Origin: Candidatus Latescibacterota bacterium | GTDB lineage: Bacteria; Latescibacterota; UBA2968; UBA8231 | Direction: 5' to 3' | Assembly: GCA_965205655.1 (NCBI GenBank) | Contig: CBDBIJ010000007.1 | Span: 1 to 30,325, forward strand | DNA length: 30,325 nucleotides | Part shown: positions 27,856 to 30,325 of the stretch, piece by piece | How positions within the stretch are numbered: the stretch's first letter is position 1 | How the letters are laid out: each line of letters opens with the position of its first letter | Translations under genes and position numbers: made by a program | The notes under the pieces: model-generated | What the model saw: only the letters and a program-made list of their open reading frames with translations | Databases searched by the model: none | Told to the model about the DNA's origin: nothing

Positions 27856-28167
27856 CACGTGTGGCATACAGCGGATTTCCCCCCCGGCTGGTCGAACACT
27901 TCGAGCCCCGGACGGGAATCTGGCGAGGACGCGGCACTGGCTCGCCTGTCGGTTCGGGGACATACCGCTTCGGCAATTCCCCCTTCACAGACACCCGATT
28001 GAGCCTAGCCGACGATGTCGGCGATAAGGCTCCACGCCCACCTTTGCGAACGGGCACTCCTGCCCCGCCGCGGCTTCCGTAAGCGCCTCGATAGCCTCCA
28101 CTCCGCGTATTCGAAGGCCGTTTCGATGATGGTGTCAGCATTTGTGTCGCGGGCGAGAGCCTGAGCG

Positions 28168-30054
28168 ATGAAAGAGTATATCCAGCAGTTGCAGGAAACG
28201 GCCGACCTGGCGGTCGTGCGCCAACTCATCGATGCCGCTGTTGCCGACGCCCGCGAAGATCGCCTGTCGCCTCGGGATCGGGGGGCCTTTCTTCGCAGCC
28301 TCCTGCTCAACGGAGCCCTCCTCGACAACCTCTCCATTTCCGAGGCGATTGACTACCTGCTTTCAAGGACGACTCCTGAAGAGTGGTCGGAGCTCTTCGG
28401 CGGCGCCGTCGAAAAAGCGATAGCGCCGGTGCTGGCGGACCTCGTCGACCGCGTCGCCGACTGCAGTCACACAGACGTGTTGCGCCTCGCCGCGGGTGAT
28501 CCGACGAAAGCGTTGATCGCAGCTTTGAAGGGGCTCGATGGATACCTCAAGACGATCGATGACGGCTCCCGTCTGATTCGCGGCATGAGGGTCGCGCGCA
28601 TGCAGGTTGACCTCTACCGGCAGCTGGCGGACCCGAATGTATGGCGCCGACGTCGCATCCCGACATGCTGCATCGACAGCGATGAGATCCGCAGGCTGAA
28701 GGAAAAGAAGGCGGTAGAGCAGTTGCCCGCGGCCTACGAGACGCGCATCAACCAGCTCCAGCACGAGGACCTCCGCAGATGCCTGGAGGAGTTCCAGGCC
28801 CTTGCTACCGCTGGGCCTCGCGGTGACGGCGGGACGGAGGAAGTCGCGATGAGGGAAGCCGATTTCGATGTCACTTTCGAGGTCAGATCTCCTTTGCGAG
28901 TCGGAATCTCCAGTGCCAACGCCTCGGACAATCACCTCCGCACGAAGGAGCGCGGTGGCAAGTCGCTCAACGCTGGCATCGACCTCGCCATGGACGGTGG
29001 CCAGCCGGCGCCACCGCTCAGGGTGAGCGCCAGGCGTCTCGACGAACCTCGTCTCGTACTGCGCTCGCTATCGACCGATTTCAAGGCCGATTTCGAAGCG
29101 AACGCGCGCGGTGATGCGGCGGCTCAGAGCGAGCTGTTCTTCGCCTATCGACGCGGCGGCGACGAGTCTCTCCGCATGGTCAAACAAGCCCTCGTGCACG
29201 TGGGCATCGTCGACCCGTCGTCCCAGGACATCGTCAGCGACCTCTCCCGATTTACTGGCGGGGGCGGCCTCGAAATCACCACGGCGAGTCAGGTCCTGCA
29301 GGGTTCGGGTCTGGGCACGAGCAGCATTCTCGCGGCCGCCATTCTCAAGGTGCTCTACCGGCTCACCGGTGCCGTCGCTGGTTCCGCGGCAGGAGAATAT
29401 CCCGCGCTCTACGATCAGAGTGTGCTGCTGGAACACAGCCTCGGTCTCAACTCCGGCTGGCAGGACGCGCGCGGCGCTTGTGGCGGGCCCGGTGCCGTCA
29501 AGGATTTTTATGCTCCGCCAACCGAGGGGCTCCCCGCCCCTGAGCTGAGTTTCGTCGATATTGAGGAAGAGCTCTTTGTCGAGCGCCTCATTCTCTTCAA
29601 CACCGGAATATCCAGGAAGGCGACCCGGGGGCTCAACGTCGTGCTCGAGGCCTATCTGTCCCGCGACCGGGCCGCGTTCCCGGCCATCGGGGAGTCCCTC
29701 CTCATCCACGAAGAGATCGTCGCCGCCCTGCGCGCCGCCGACTACCCGGCCCTGGGACGCCTTGCCACCCGCTATTGGCAGCTTCGCTGCATCCTCGACC
29801 CGGGCGCCACCAGCGACGTCATCCAGCATCTCTTCGAGTCGCCTGAGCTCTCATCGCTTTCTGAAGGCGGCATGCTCACGGGAGCTGGCGGTGGCGGCTT
29901 CGCCATGTTCGTCGCCAGGGATGGCGCCGGCGAAGAGTTGAGGGAGCGCCTGGCAAGCCTCGCCGAGCGCAAGGCATACGGCGGCAGCGGTGTTGTCGAG
30001 TATCGCCTGAACCGCGCCGGCTTGCAGTTGACAGGGCTGGCGGCCGAAACCTGA
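28168..30054 (+). CDS. GHMP-kinase family protein (fucokinase/HddA-like C-terminal part) with an unknown N-terminal domain
   Basis: Motifs GSGLGTSS, GWQD, FNTGISR and GAGGGGF. The ~225-aa helical N-terminal extension is unrecognised. Confidence 0.82.
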   Translation: MKEYIQQLQETADLAVVRQLIDAAVADAREDRLSPRDRGAFLRSLLLNGALLDNLSISEAIDYLLSRTTPEEWSELFGGAVEKAIAPVLADLVDRVADCSHTDVLRLAAGDPTKALIAALKGLDGYLKTIDDGSRLIRGMRVARMQVDLYRQLADPNVWRRRRIPTCCIDSDEIRRLKEKKAVEQLPAAYETRINQLQHEDLRRCLEEFQALATAGPRGDGGTEEVAMREADFDVTFEVRSPLRVGISSANASDNHLRTKERGGKSLNAGIDLAMDGGQPAPPLRVSARRLDEPRLVLRSLSTDFKADFEANARGDAAAQSELFFAYRRGGDESLRMVKQALVHVGIVDPSSQDIVSDLSRFTGGGGLEITTASQVLQGSGLGTSSILAAAILKVLYRLTGAVAGSAAGEYPALYDQSVLLEHSLGLNSGWQDARGACGGPGAVKDFYAPPTEGLPAPELSFVDIEEELFVERLILFNTGISRKATRGLNVVLEAYLSRDRAAFPAIGESLLIHEEIVAALRAADYPALGRLATRYWQLRCILDPGATSDVIQHLFESPELSSLSEGGMLTGAGGGGFAMFVARDGAGEELRERLASLAERKAYGGSGVVEYRLNRAGLQLTGLAAET

Positions 30055-30067
30055 ATTGGAGACACCC

Positions 30068-30325
30068 ATGTTGATGCAGGACAAGACCGCTTTCGTGGCC
30101 GGGGTGGCCAACCACCGCAGCATCGCCTGGGCAGTTGCCAAGGTCCTCGACCGGGAGGGAGCGCGCCTCGTACTCGGCTATCTGGGAGAGAGAGAGCTGC
30201 AGGGCATCGGAAAAATCGCCCCCGAGCTGCGCACAGATCCTGTGCTGGTGCAGTGTGACGCCTCCAGCGACGAGTCCGTCGAGTCGGCCTTCGCGCGCGT
30301 GCGCGAGGAATGCGGCCGGCTCGAC
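30068..30325 (+). CDS. fabI: Enoyl-ACP reductase, 3'-truncated by the window edge
   Basis: My translation: MLMQDKTAFVAGVANHRSIAWAVAK...QCDASSDESVESAF...GRLD, a FabI signature. GGAGA RBS upstream. Not in the supplied ORF track. Confidence 0.9.
   Translation, partial: MLMQDKTAFVAGVANHRSIAWAVAKVLDREGARLVLGYLGERELQGIGKIAPELRTDPVLVQCDASSDESVESAFARVREECGRLD

Noticed and set aside
26173..27963. 596-aa minus-strand ORF (likewise 24997..26115, 7398..8318, 17556..18428 and similar)
   Set aside because: Antisense shadows of well-supported genes, expected from GC-rich codon bias. They have no recognisable motifs.
27880..28095. Lysine riboswitch-like words on the minus strand (GAGGCGC ... GAAGGG ... GCCGAA)
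   Set aside because: The spacing is too long, P2 does not pair, and no same-strand gene lies downstream.

Overview
This is a GC-rich bacterial chromosomal window (roughly 60-65% GC by eye) of mostly housekeeping and metabolic genes. In order: partial hisS; an mqnB-mqnD-FAH-family operon (futalosine menaquinone pathway); an HD-GYP phosphodiesterase; a DUF4432/aldose-epimerase-like gene; a GT4 glycosyltransferase; a 2-hydroxyacid dehydrogenase; ppk1; an acetamidase/formamidase; an 829-aa unknown protein; a UVR-motif protein; dapB-dapA; a short-form purH; an SDR; DUF1684; a small RNA polymerase omega-like gene; a membrane-protein gene split by an IS30 element; a sigma54-promoter-led FliT/FlgN-like + FleS/FleR-like operon; a pseudo-receiver HDOD protein; an atypical GHMP kinase; and partial fabI. 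The most notable unannotated signals are four. (1) A ~195-nt candidate structured RNA at 14451-14645, with six nested helices and a possible loop-loop pseudoknot. (2) A divergent omega (RpoZ)-like protein outside its usual gmk/coaBC context. (3) A fully reconstructable IS30 insertion with a CTG target duplication. (4) A sigma54 promoter with a paired upstream activator-like site. Three single-base frameshifts and a 17-bp tandem duplication may reflect assembly or read errors. I saw no CRISPR array, tRNA or rRNA. All calls are from motif recognition by eye; no searches were run.
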